A stretch of DNA of 64,000 nucleotides from Gnetum montanum (GCA_015680685.1 MNCI01000520.1:1411412-1475411), one strand, 5' to 3'. Counted from the stretch's first letter, positions 12,740 to 25,641 are shown. Made by a program: numbers and translations. The notes: a model not told the origin generated them from the sequence alone.

Positions 12740-15700
12740 TTGAATAAGGTATTTGCTTTAAGCTACTCTCCATAGCCTTAATATCCACTTGAACATTATT
12801 ATCACATGGTTATTTCCTAGAATAGTTAGGATTATTTAATTCTACTAACTCATCCTCTCTTGGTTCCTCAATTTGATGTTGATGATAATGCTTAAGTCTC
12901 TATCCACTAACTAGAAACATAGTAGATAGGTCTTCTATGGGTGCAATTAGGACACTTCCATTATTATGGAATCATAACACTAGGTATGGACCTTTCCATC
13001 AAGTTAGTTTTTCTAGAAATTTCTATAGTCTTATATTATACTATAAGACTTTATCACCTTTTGAGAAATGTTGCTTAAGTATGTTTTTATCATGCATACA
13101 CTTTATTTGTTTCTTAATTATTCTTTTTTTATCAAGTGCATGCATATGTACTTTGTCAAGTTCACGTAATTGAGTCATTTTAAAGTCTTGGTTGGTTTCT
13201 TTATCAAAATTTAATTGTTGTGCTAATCTTAAGGATTGGTATTTTATTTCAATAGGTAATAAACATTATTTTCCGTAAACCAATTGATAAGGTGAATATC
13301 CTAAATTTGGTTTATACATAATGCTATAAGTCCAATGTGTATCTTGTAATTTTTTAGATAAATATTTCTTGTTAGTAGGGATGGCTTTTGTTAAGATCTT
13401 TAGAATGATACCATTTGTATTTTTTACTTAATCATTTGTTTGGGGATGGTAGGAAATGGCTATCTTATGTTGGATTTTACAATACCTAAGGAATTTCTCC
13501 ATTATTTTATTTACAAAATGAGTTTCTTGATCACCAATGATTACTTGTGGAGCTTTAAATCATGTTAGAATATGTTCATTTAGAAAATCAACAACCACTT
13601 CAACATCATTTGTTGGGATAGCTTTAGCCTTCATTGATTTAGTAACATAATTGATACATACTAAGATATAGTGACATCCATGAAGGTGGAAATGGTTCAA
13701 AATATTCTATGCCCCATACATTGAAATGTTATGTTATTAAAATGGGATTAAGTGACATCTCTTATTGTTTTTTCATTACTCCTAAACGTTGACACTTGTC
13801 ACATCCTTGGACATATATATATAAGCATCTTTAAATATAGTGGGTCAATGAAACTCACTTTGTAATATTTTTATAGCAGTTTAACAACTATTAAAATGTC
13901 CACCTCCAAGGTCATTGTGATACATATGTAGGATTTCTTGTTGCTCTTATTCTATCACAAATCTTCTTGCCACATTGTCCTTACATATTTGATAATGATA
14001 TGGTTCATTACAAATATACTTCAAAATGCCTCATAGAAAAGACTTATTCTCCTCCTTACTCAAGTGAGTTGGTGTTTTCATTTTTGCTAAATAGTTTGCT
14101 ATGTCTACAAATCAATGGTCTTTCTTTATTAAAAAGAGTTATTCATTAGGGAATTTTTCATTAAACACTTCTCTTGTTCTATTTTCCTCCTTATTTTGAT
14201 TCTACAAAGGTTGTTTTCCACAATAGTTTCTGTACCCTTCTTATTTAGAATATCAAGATCAAACTCTTGGAGTAAAAGGCACCACCTCATGATCCTAGAA
14301 TTTTTTATAATTTTATTTGCTAGGAATTTTATGGTAGAATGATCAATCTAAACTCTTATTTAGTATCCTATTAAATAATGCCTAAATTTATCCGAAGAAT
14401 ACACAATAGCCAGGAGTTATTTTTTAGTAGTTGTATAGTTAACTTGGACTTGATCTAAACTTTTAGAGACATTATAAATCACCTTTGGTTTATTATCTAT
14501 GTATCATTTCAAAACTGCCCCTATAGCTGTGTTACTAGCATTGCACATCAACTCAAAAGTCAAGATCCAATTAGGTGCATTAAGTATTGGAGTAGTGATT
14601 ACTATTTCTTGTAGTTCAAAGAAGGCTTCTTGGAAGTCATTAGTCCATATAAAGGAAACATCTTTTTCTAAGAGCATGTAAAGAGGCTTGTCTATTTTTG
14701 AAAAGTCTTTAATGAACTATCTATAATATCTAGCATAACCTAATAAGGATAGAAGTGTTTTAAAGTTTGTTGGGGCTAGAAGTATAGAGATTACTTTTAC
14801 TTTTTTCTCATCCATTTTAATTTCTTCCATAGGAAGTACATGTCCTAAAACTACACCACTTGTTACCATTAAATAACTCTCTTCCTGGCTATCCAAGACA
14901 CATTCAAAGTGATCTAATGTTTGTTGATAAGTATTTGCATATACCAAAAAATCATCCATAAATACTTCTACATATGCATCTAGCATATTGGAAAAGAATG
15001 ATATCATAGCTCTTTGGAAGGTAACAAGTGTATTACAAAGATTGGAAGGCATTCATTTATAAGTAAAGGTTCCATATGGACATGTAAAGGTTATTTTATG
15101 CTAATATTTTGGTGCAATAACTACTTGATTGTAACCACTAAACCCATCCAAAAAGCAATAATATCCATGTCCTTATAGTATTTCTAGAAGTTGGTCTATA
15201 TAAGGAAGAGGAAAATGATCCTCGATGTTTTGATTAAGTTTTCTATAATCTACACAAACTCACCATTTTCTTTTCTTTTTATGTATTTCCATGATAGGAC
15301 TTACTCATTTTCTATTAGCTATTGGATAAATAATTCCTTCTTTTCAAATTTTATAGATTTCATCTTTAATGATTTGATTTAAATTTGGATTAATTCATCT
15401 AGGGGGAATTTTAATTGGTCTAACATTATCTTCTAGATAGATGTGGTGTTGACATATGTTGGGTGAAATTCCTTGATGGAGGTCTTTGTAACTCCATGCA
15501 AATGCCTTAGATTTTCTTTTTAAAACTTCCATTAATCTTATTTCTTGTTCACTGGAAAGTTGAAAATTTAATATTAAGGATTTATTTTTATTAAGGAAAA
15601 TATACTTAATATTGCTAGGCAATTCACAAAGTTCCAAAGAATCATTAATTGGTAGTTTAATTATGTCTCTAATACTCCTTGATCTAAAATTTTGTCTAAA

Positions 15701-16472
15701 AGATCTTGTTTCTCTTTTGTAGAAGGGTCTAAAGGTCTTTCTTAAAAATTATTTAGTACCAATGTTTTGCTATCTTGAGCCATGGCTGATGTGGGTATGG
15801 TGTAGAGCATACTAGCTTCTTTAATATCTCAGTTCAAGTAATCTTCTTTTTCAATATTGAATATGTTAATCATAAAGGTAAGATTGGTAAAAGTTAATTG
15901 AATTTGCCCTAATCTACAATGAATTATTACATCGACTATTGCTAACCAGGGTCTACCTAGGATGATGGGGAAACAATTTGGATCTTGGACCTTCAACACA
16001 AAAAAATCAATAGGATATTTTCCTTTGTTAGCCTCTATAATTAAATATTTTATCACTCCTTTAGGTTTAACACTTGAGCCATCTACTAAAGATAGTGACA
16101 TATTTACTTTTTTTTTATATCTTTCCAATAGCTTAGTTATTTCAAGTGGCATAATAGTGATACTAGCATCTAGATCCAATATGGAATTTTTAATGTTCTT
16201 TCCATTAATTCTTATTGGGATTGTTGGAACCCCTAGATCTTGGTATTTAGGAATTTCTTGACTTTCTATGAGTTGAGACAAGTTTCCAGCCAAGTATACT
16301 TGTCTAGGAATTTGTTCTTTCCCCCCTTTTTGTGCATAATTCTCTCAAGTATTTAGCATAAAGAGGTGTATCCATGATAGCTTGCTCTAATGGAACATGT
16401 AAATATAATTTATTAAACATTTTTCCTGTATGTGTCTTAATTGAAAAATCTTCTTACAACCTTTTAGGAAAG
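12740..16472 (-). pseudogene. pol: Element B pol: PR-RT-RNase H-integrase (decayed)
   Basis: PR: SILDLDASITIMP and PIILGRPWL. RT: FLDGFSGYNQV and VEVFMDDFLVY. RH: FELMCNASNTAIGAV. INT remnant: YHPQTND. Confidence 0.9.
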
Positions 16473-16477
16473 GATGG

Positions 16478-17424
16478 TGATGAGACGCGATATGCACAAG
16501 CCACGATATTGCGTTGTCCCCTGCGATGTCACGTACACGATATTGCGGTCCGCCACCAAATCTATAAATAAGAGGTGGCACTCCCCTTATTTCCAATTCG
16601 AGGCTAGAAGTAGAGAAACTCTGGCAGATTGATCACTACAGAGATAGAATATTTTCCATGTGCCCGCAGTAGGAGTCCCCAAGTGAACGGATCTTTTTTT
16701 GAGTAGCTTTGTACCTGAACGTAAGTTGTGTACAGTAATAAAGACGAGATTTGTGGATAAACCTTGCAATGCATGGAATAGGATTTTATTACCTGTTATT
16801 TCTTACATGTTATTTATAACCTGCATTAGCGTGGCATGAGTACGACTTGATTACGAGCATTGACGAATGTGTATGGCTAATCAAGGAATCAGCTGCTCAT
16901 CGTGATTATATTCTCTTATCCTTATCTCCTAGAATGTGGAATGAGTACGGCTTGATTACGAGCATCTAAGGATGTGTAAGGCTAGTCAAGGAATTGGCTG
17001 CTCATTACGTTTAGGTTAGTTAAGTGCCTTAGTACAACCACTTCGAGCACGTGCGTTACGTGTGGTGATCCCAGTAACGATTAGCATTTGGTAGCCACAG
17101 TTGCATAGTTCAGGGTGTGTACTGTAAGTGGGAATAGATGCTGACACTAGTTAATTTAGAATTAGTACTTAGTTAGAGTTAGTTAGCTTTCTCAACCCTT
17201 CACTCTTTAGCATAGGAGAAAAACACATAAAAGACTATAAAAATCATATACCTCTGACTTATTTAACCATACACCGTGACAACTACAAGTCTGGGAAGAT
17301 AACGAATGATTAACCCCAAGTGTTCCATGGGGCATGTAGGCATTTAGTCTATGGAGTTCGACTGGATCGCGCATGCTACGCTCATTTTGTATGGTTGAGT
17401 GTAGGGGTACCTTGCCACTCATCA
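16478..17424 (+). repeat. Alpha copy 2 5' LTR (947 bp)
   Basis: TGATGAG...CTCATCA, with TATA box CTATAAATAA at 16562-16571. Confidence 0.92.
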
Positions 17425-17425
17425 T

Positions 17426-17443
17426 TGGTGTCATTGCCAGGGA
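17426..17443 (+). promoter_or_regulatory. Primer-binding site, tRNA-Asp type
   Basis: TGGTGTCATTGCCAGGGA versus the Athila-type TGGCGCCGTTGCCGGGGA: 14/18, all mismatches transitions, 1 nt after the LTR end. Confidence 0.85.
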
Positions 17444-17733
17444 CTAAGTGTTTGTGCGCCATATAGAACATAAGNTTTAACCATACACCGTGACAACTAC
17501 AAGTCTGGGAAGATAACGAATNACGATGAATTAGCACACCGATAAAAATGCTTTCTTCTCATAAGAGCAACTCACCACCTAAGGACCATACACGAGACAG
17601 TTGGCAACATAAAACACATAACCAAAATCAGCCAAGTCCAAAACAATATAAGATGACATATACTCATCCTGATGAGTATATCGCTAATTTTACGTTTATT
17701 CTCCATCAAGATGAATAGCTGCGATGGAGAGAT

Positions 17734-19210
17734 TTGCAAGGTAACATTGTGTTACCCCCAGACCGATCAATGTCTCGCATGCTTTTCCATGCCTTGGCAC
17801 AGATAGGCATGACTAAATTATATGCTGAATACGTTGTGAAAGATTTTGACATGAGGGAATATTATTCCATAGATGCCCAACGTATGAGAGACTTAAGGCA
17901 GGAGAGTCAACATGCACTGTTGAAGGGCAAGGTCTCACACATCCTTAGTGAAATAGAAGATGAGGAACCCCTTATCATGGGTTCTTTAACAAATGATGTC
18001 CCCCCTCCTAACGATGGTGAGGAGGTTGGGTATCAGAACCTACGATCAACGATACATATCCCTAGTTCTGATGCCCGTGAACACCAACTGTTCATAGAGG
18101 GAACAACCACTCATGCTAAGGATGAGCACTTAGATCATCACCACGATCAGGGCTTTAGCAGCCGAAGAGGAGGCAAGAAACATCGTCATGATGATGGTTC
18201 CCCTTCTTCTTCTCATTCATCCCATCACTCACCCTCTCCTTCCACATCTGGGCGTAGCCATCATGGATATAAAGGTGAGGATAAAGGTAAAAAGGACGAA
18301 AGACCTCGACGGGAAAGTCAAGAGAGAGGACAACGACAAGGACGTAGGGAGAGTAGGGAACAACACAGACATCACAGGTGTCATGAAAGAGAAGATCATG
18401 ATGAGCCCCTACTTGCAACCCAAAGTATGCTTGACATAACGGAGGCAGTTAGGATTCCCACAAGGTATTTAAAAGATAGTCGGATCAAACAATTAGACAT
18501 AAACAATATCCCACGATTTGAAGGGGTATACAATGCTGATTTGCAAAATCATTTACAAGAATTTCATGATGCCTGCGCCTTGCAGAATATAGAAAATGAG
18601 TGGAAAAAACTTAAGTTGTTCCCAAGGACACTCACCAAAGAAGCAGAGAGCTGGTACCAGTCCTTAGAGCCGGAATCCATCAGGAGGTGGAGTACCATGC
18701 TAGAACTGTTCAACGAAAAGTATCAAATGTACTTGAGAGTGTCCAATTTGCGTAAGCAGATCCAAGGTTGGAAGCAAGGTATACATGAACCCTTGGATGC
18801 TACCATGGCTTACTACTACACATTGTTACATCATTGCCTGGGCCATGGGTACCTTTAGTGGAATCAACTTCGCCACATCGTGGATGGGCTAAGGCATGAA
18901 ACTAGAAAAACCCCTTGGGACTTATGCCCAAGGGAGACTCTCACAACTAAGAGCCCATGAAGTTCATCACTTGTTGGAACAAGTAGCAAAAGAAGAAGGT
19001 GAGCTATGCAAAAGGGAAAGTGCAGAGGAATACAACCGCGATCCCTCCCTTCGAAAGAAGGGAGTGAAATTTTGTCATGAAGAGGATGAGTCACCAATCG
19101 AAGAGTTGGTGAAATGGAAAACCTTGCCGATCCAAAAATTAACAACAGAAATAGCAGCTAAGGTAGATGATGTATGGAGTTCCTTAGACTCTAAAATTGA
19201 AACTGTCTGA
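17734..19210 (+). pseudogene. gag: Alpha gag with a long charged/His-rich N-terminal extension
   Basis: IPRFEG...NHLQEF...KLKLFPRTLTKEAESWYQSL...WSTMLELFNEKY is the retrotransposon Gag core. One stop at 18856-18858, then a frameshift. Confidence 0.88.
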
Positions 19211-20089
19211 AAAATTGTAAAAGAGTCTAAGGTAGAAAAAAGTAGTGACAAAGGTAAGAAAAAGTGGAGAGATTTAAGCCCTGCACATAACAAGGGTAAG
19301 GGAAAAATCACTAACTCTAATGTGGTTATGGAATCAGACACAGACGATGATGGTGGATGTGAGATCTACCACTATGACCATCCTAAGGGATGTTGTCTAA
19401 TTATTTCACATCTATAGAAGTCTGGGGTGTATGCACTTAATCCAAGACTTAACCAATGGCAAACACCCCGAAGGTTACCTTACCCACAAGGTAACCCAAG
19501 GTAGTTCCACCAACCACTAACGTATTATCCAAGTGGAACTCCACCACAGCCCATCAAACAGCATCAGCAGTGGCAATACCCACAGTCATGGGGGATGCCA
19601 TCACCGAAACATCATTGCCCTTACTGGTAGCCTGATCCTTATGGATATTATGTGCAGCAGCCAATTTCTCCAAGTGACTCTATGAGTCACACAACCCCCA
19701 ACCGTCACTACCAAGTTTGGGAGTACTTCAGAAGGAATCCTTCTCCTCCAGGAGACACTCCATATCCACACCATCCTCCAAATCCATCCACACCTCTTCC
19801 ACCACAAGTAGTTCCCATAACACCTCTTGCTCCAACAATGCAAGGGGAACTTCCTCCTCAACCGCAGCAACGTCATGCTGTGAGAGCTGTAAATATCTAA
19901 CTTGCGTTGGTTTTGACAACTGTAAAAAGAGAAGACCTTTCTTCAAAACAAAAAGCCCATACAAACTCTCACAACAACAAGCAGCTGGGCCCATGTACAC
20001 TCCTCCACCAGCCAACACTTCAGAGCACCCTTCCGTCCAAAATCAGAGCTTAATGCATACAGTTATGTTAACGCATACCGTAACCAACT

Positions 20090-20883
20090 GGATTAAGATA
20101 GGCCACTTTCCTAGGAAACTAACTGACCCTGGGAGTTCCTTAATCTATTTATAGATCTCTAGAAATAAACCACATAGGGCTCTTCTTGACTTAGGTTCCA
20201 GAGTCAACTTAATATCACGAGAGATGTATCACACCTGGAACCTGCCACAACTTAAGAAGAGCAACATTCAACTAGAGCTGGTAGACCAGTCCATCACCAT
20301 TCCCTTGGGATTGGTGAAGGACATCATTACCACTATGTGTGGTTGGTCTTACCCAGCTAATATTCTAGTGATTGAAGTTAACAACAACAAAGGGGACTTC
20401 CCAATTATAATGGGAAGGGCATGGCTAAGTACAGTAGACACATGCCTTAGGATCCGCGATCTTTCCTTGGAAATTTCTAAGATAAACATTTGTGGAAATA
20501 TCAAGAAGAGGAACGTTCCATGCATCACATACAATGATTCATCAGGTGATGAAATTGAGGAAATGCCTCCATGCAATAGGTATGCCCTTGAAACTTTACA
20601 ACAAAGATGCCTGTATGTAGCAGCCACACAACCAGTATTAGACACCCCATGGTTGACAGCTACTCGAAGGAGCAACCAAATATGCATGGAACAAACCAAA
20701 GAAACCCATGCCCATAACGAAAGCATATATACATTGGAATATGAGTGTCACCAACTTCCACCCCTTAATGTAAGATCATCAATTGGGAGAAGTTGGGCAC
20801 TTCTTAGAAATTCAAATAGACGCTCATTATTTCGGATCTTTCCCTTACAACTCAGTCATGGGGGAGATGGCCACCTATGCTAA
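20090..20883 (+). pseudogene. Alpha aspartic protease plus tail (copy 2)
   Basis: PRKLTDPGS, ALLDLGSRVNLIS and PIIMGRAWLST. Ends FPLQLSHGGDGHLC*. Confidence 0.88.
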
Positions 20884-22190
20884 TCATATGAGGTGCTTAG
20901 TTATTTTTTGATTTTTTTTACACATTTTTGTTTTACATGTTTTTTTCTTACACATTTTTGTTTTACAAATTTCTTTAACTTTTCTAGTGTTTTTTTTACA
21001 ACTTTCTTTAACTTTTCTAGTTTTTGTTTTACATCATCGTTAAACTTTTCCATTTTGTGTGTGTGTGTGTGTTCCACCATGTAAGTTTGTCCCATAATAA
21101 GTGTTTGGAATGATGGTATAAACTATTTTCATATTGATTGCTAGTGTTTGGTTTTTACCTTTAAGTCACAATATTGATACTAAGGTATGTCTCTTCTAAT
21201 ATGGCAGGCAATTAGACCACTTCGTCCATCCATCCACCAGTTTTTATGGTCTCTGTTGGCTTGGAAATGTACAGTCCCCTTCTTAATAAGGACTTAAACA
21301 AATCGGTGACTCAGTATTTCTCAAACTAAGGAAGGACTCAAGGATTGAAAAGGGTGTGACTTCAAGGGAACTTGATGCTTTTGTGTTGGTCATTCTCTTG
21401 GGTGCTTGTATGTTTTCTTCTTGAGTTTTCTTGCCATTCTGATGTTAGCCAATTATCAGAAGCTGAGTCAATAAAAATAAGAAGTCTTTGCATTTTGTGG
21501 TTCTCAGGCATAAAAACACAAAACACAAAAAGAAAAAAAAAAGAAAAAGAAAAAGAAAAGCAGAGAAGAAAGTGAAAATTCAAAGCACATCCCTTAGACG
21601 AATAAAACTTGGGCTACAAGCACTGGTTATGGAACCAAAAGTGTTCCCTCCAACTAAGGCCCTTCTCGCTTCCCATTCTCTCCTTTGTTTTGTCAAAATG
21701 GTGGTGATTCTTGGGGAAGGCATTCTTGTTATCCAAGTGGATGGTTTAGCCAAATGCATTGATGCGAAGTCACTGGATGTGGTTGGTTTGAGGCTGGAGT
21801 TGAAATGAGACTTGCCAAGTCACATTAATCATAAAACACACAAGGGGTTGTACACCACCTTGTTCTTGGGATTCCATTCCATTCTCTTCTCTCCATCCTT
21901 CTCTCCATTGTTCACCTCATTGCCAGTTGTATCATTAGTGTATATATTTTGGTTGATGAATTGTTTTCTTTTTGGTAAACTCTTGCGGTTAAGACTTTAA
22001 CTCTTGTTCCAAATGACATTCCTGGAGCCTAAGGACTCTTTGAATATGGGTTTGTCAGGGCATTATGGGCATAAGCCTACTTTGGGGAGGACCCACTGAC
22101 ATTCCTATTTGGATCATTAGTTAAATTCTTTCCCTTAACATTTTGCAATTAATTTTATTTTGTTCATTTCCATCTTGACATCCATTTCAT

Positions 22191-22824
22191 NNNNNNNNNN
22201 NNNNNNNNNNNNNNNNNNNNNNNNNNNNNNNNNNNNNNNNNNNNNNNNNNNNNNNNNNNNNNNNNNNNNNNNNNNNNNNNNNNNNNNNNNNNNNNNNNNN
22301 NNNNNNNNNNNNNNNNNNNNNNNNNNNNNNNNNNNNNNNNNNNNNNNNNNNNNNNNNNNNNNNNNNNNNNNNNNNNNNNNNNNNNNNNNNNNNNNNNNNN
22401 NNNNNNNNNNNNNNNNNNNNNNNNNNNNNNNNNNNNNNNNNNNNNNNNNNNNNNNNNNNNNNNNNNNNNNNNNNNNNNNNNNNNNNNNNNNNNNNNNNNN
22501 NNNNNNNNNNNNNNNNNNNNNNNNNNNNNNNNNNNNNNNNNNNNNNNNNNNNNNNNNNNNNNNNNNNNNNNNNNNNNNNNNNNNNNNNNNNNNNNNNNNN
22601 NNNNNNNNNNNNNNNNNNNNNNNNNNNNNNNNNNNNNNNNNNNNNNNNNNNNNNNNNNNNNNNNNNNNNNNNNNNNNNNNNNNNNNNNNNNNNNNNNNNN
22701 NNNNNNNNNNNNNNNNNNNNNNNNNNNNNNNNNNNNNNNNNNNNNNNNNNNNNNNNNNNNNNNNNNNNNNNNNNNNNNNNNNNNNNNNNNNNNNNNNNNN
22801 NNNNNNNNNNNNNNNNNNNNNNNN
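22191..22824. other. Assembly gap covering the PPT and start of the 3' LTR of alpha copy 2
   Basis: Run of n. Confidence 1.
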
Positions 22825-23409
22825 GACTTGGTTACGAGCATTGACGAATGTGTATGGCTAATCAACGAATCAGCTGCTCATCGTGATTAGATTCTCTTAC
22901 CCTTATCTCCTAGAATGAAGAATGAGTACAACTTGATTACGAGCATCTAAGGATGTGTACGGCTAGTCAAGGAATTGGCTACTCATTACGTTTAGGCTAG
23001 TTAAGTGCCTTAGTACGACCACTTCGAGCATGTGCATTACGTGTCGTGATCCCAGTAATGATTAGCATTTGGTAGCCACAGTTGCATAGTTTAGGGTGTG
23101 TACGGTAAGTGGGAATGGATGTTGATGCTAGTTAATTTAGACTTAGTCCTTAGTTAGAGTTAGTTAGCTTTCTCAACCCTTCACTCTTTAGCATAGGAGA
23201 AAAACACATAAAAGACTATAAAAATCATATACCTCTGGCTTACTTAACCATACACCGTGACAACTACAAGTAAGTCTAGGAAGACAATGAATGATTAACC
23301 CCAAGTGTTCCATGGGGTGTGTAGGCATTTAGTCTGCGGAGTTCGACTGGATCATGCATGCTACGCTCGTTTTGTATGGTTGAGTGTAGGGGTACCTCAC
23401 CACTCATCA
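22825..23409 (+). repeat. Alpha copy 2 3' LTR (visible part)
   Basis: Near-identical to ~16845-17424. Confidence 0.92.
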
Positions 23410-23414
23410 GATGG

Positions 23415-24700
23415 TAAAATTAATTTCCCATTCAAGGAGGAAGAGGTGGAGGGTTATTTCTATTCCTCCATTGGTTCTTCACTTTCTTCCTTATCCATTA
23501 TATGTGGTTGATCCTCCTATTTTGTCTTATTTATGTTATCTTAGAAGCTAACTTTTTTTGTAGGTCTAGGCTCAATAAATTTTCCACTTCTAGTGATGAT
23601 AGAATGTAATTTTTCCTTACCCTTTCTCTAATTGTTGGGATTTGGTTCAAGCTGAGAATGTAAATCACTCTTTATTAAATCTTGAAAACAAATGCTTGTT
23701 GCAGACACGAATTTTCTATTTTCTTCTATAAAGGGCATTAAACTTTGAGTTAAATGGTCTAATTGTTCATTAATTGGATTTCTTAATGGCTTGTAATTAT
23801 TTTGGGAAGTTGATGCTAATGGTTCATAAAATGACCTTGTTTGGAAAGGTGAAGAAGGGTGGTTTTTTATTTGTTGAAAGATCCTCACAGACTCTTGAAC
23901 TTCTTCAATATAGTAACCTAAGGCTAGATAATTTGTGATGTCATGTTGTCTATTCCCACATAAATTACAAGTTTCTTCTTGAGAAAAATGTGTTTGTTTT
24001 TTTATATTAATTTTGTTAACTCATAAAATTTCTTATTCAATTGCTAGGTTTGATGGGTTACACCTTGCATGATGTCTAGTTTTGGTCAACGTTTACTTTG
24101 GTTTACTAAAGAGTCAATGATTCTCCAACCTGCTGTCGGTGACACATTCAAAATATTTCCCCCACAAGAAAAATCCACATTTTGTTTATAATATGGTAAT
24201 AATCCTTCTATAAATATTTGGATTAGTTAGTGGGTTGGAAATCTATGGTTGGTATTTTTAAGATATAACTCCTTAAATCTATCAAAGAAACTTTCATAAG
24301 CCTCCTCTTTCCTTTGTGTGAAACTCATGAGTCACTTCCTAAGTTTACATCGCCTATCATTTAAAAGAAAATGCTGAATGAAGGCTATCTTAAATTCATC
24401 CCATGAACTTATTTGAGTTCACAAATTTTGAAGCCAAAAACCAGCTTTATCTTTCAAAATGGACTTGACAACTATCACTTTTGGTCTATCCTTAGCTAGA
24501 GGTACCAACGTTGCTATCATAGTCTCAAATTCTCTAACATGAGTTATAGGATCTTCAACAGTTTTTCCCCTAAAAATGGATAGTAAGTATGAATTTTTAA
24601 CTTCCACACTCCTTCCTAGGGGAAAAAATAATGGTCCTTGAGGAATTGTTGATGTCTTTTAATTTAATAAGTCCTCTAAAGTTTGTCCCTAATAAGCTTG
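23415..24700 (-). pseudogene. gag: Element B gag (decayed)
   Basis: IFRGKTVEDPITHVREFE...ILKDKAGFWLQNL, SWDEFKIAFIQHF and a CNLCGNRQH knuckle remnant. Confidence 0.85.
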
Positions 24701-25623
24701 TTAGAATGGGATATTAGAACCTATGCTTCCAAAAGAGAGAGGAATTGAGCCATGTGAAATTGAAGGATGTGTATGATGTGAAGGAGATCTAACTGTAAAA
24801 GTAGTAGTCAAGATTTGGGTTATAATAGACCTTGGTATTGAAGTAGAGCTATTGAAGTGATAGAAGTTTGAACAATGTGCTTACTAGTTGGGTAGTCCCT
24901 CCCATAGTGGACATGTTGCTGAATATTTGAGTAAGGTTAAGATCTGGAGAACCTACAACTATGGCTAGACTAGACTTGTGGTTTGCATTGTGATGTTTAA
25001 TATATCAAAGAAAGGGTTAAAAATTGTAGAAAATGAAAATTATGTTTTTGATTCTTCTTGATTGAAAATTTTAGTTGGGTTTTTTTATTACTAGCTAAAA
25101 TTCTTTGTTTCTCAAGGGAGGTGAATGTTATACGAATTTGCTTTATAGAACTAGGCTATCCTTGTTGCTCTTGAGGTAGCTTCAAATCAGTTTAGTTATG
25201 TTTATAATAACTTGTGCTATACTTAGGAGATTTAATGCGTGTTGGATTTTTGTTTTGCTTATTTGATTTTATTTAATAAAAACACTCTTCCTTGGCACAT
25301 TTATGGGCAGTTAATCCTAAAAATCTACAAATTGACTTAATTACTCTTGTAATTACTACCTTAATTGCATTTTTAAAATTATTTTCATTAGTTTTGGGAA
25401 TTAAGGGAATTAATTATTGTGAGTGCACTTTTTCCTTGTTTTTAGTATTTTTAATTTTCTTCTTACAAGAAAAATAATTAAAGGAGACCATTTCTAACAC
25501 TACCAAATAAAATAAATGAAATGAAATGGAAAGAATGTATATCTTTTAGTAGATTTAATTCAAGTTCTAAAAAGAAATTTTAAAAATCGACTGAACCCTT
25601 GATGATGACTGACTTTGCTAGCC

Positions 25624-25641
25624 TCCTTGTCAATTGTGCCA
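25624..25641 (-). promoter_or_regulatory. Decayed PBS of element B (tRNA-Asp-like)
   Basis: TGGCACAATTGACAAGGA, 12/18 to TGGCGCCGTTGCCGGGGA, 3 nt from the LTR end. Confidence 0.5.

Larger units (their letters stand above)
16478..23409 (+). mobile_element. Alpha copy 2: full-length non-autonomous gag + protease LTR element (TR-GAG-like), ~6.9 kb
   Basis: Perfect TSD GATGG (16473-16477 and 23410-23414), two LTRs, PBS, gag and PR, with no RT/RH/INT. Removing it restores the host frame ...LILPSFPKRL. Confidence 0.92.

Noticed and set aside
17476-17522. 45-bp copy of LTR sequence just after the PBS
   Set aside because: Bracketed by single Ns and identical to ~17262-17307; most likely a gap-filling or assembly artefact.
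20893-22000. Short hydrophobic or Lys-rich ORFs in the alpha 3' region as an env-like gene
   Set aside because: They arise from T-rich low-complexity repeats, and I saw no consistently conserved reading frame in copy 1.
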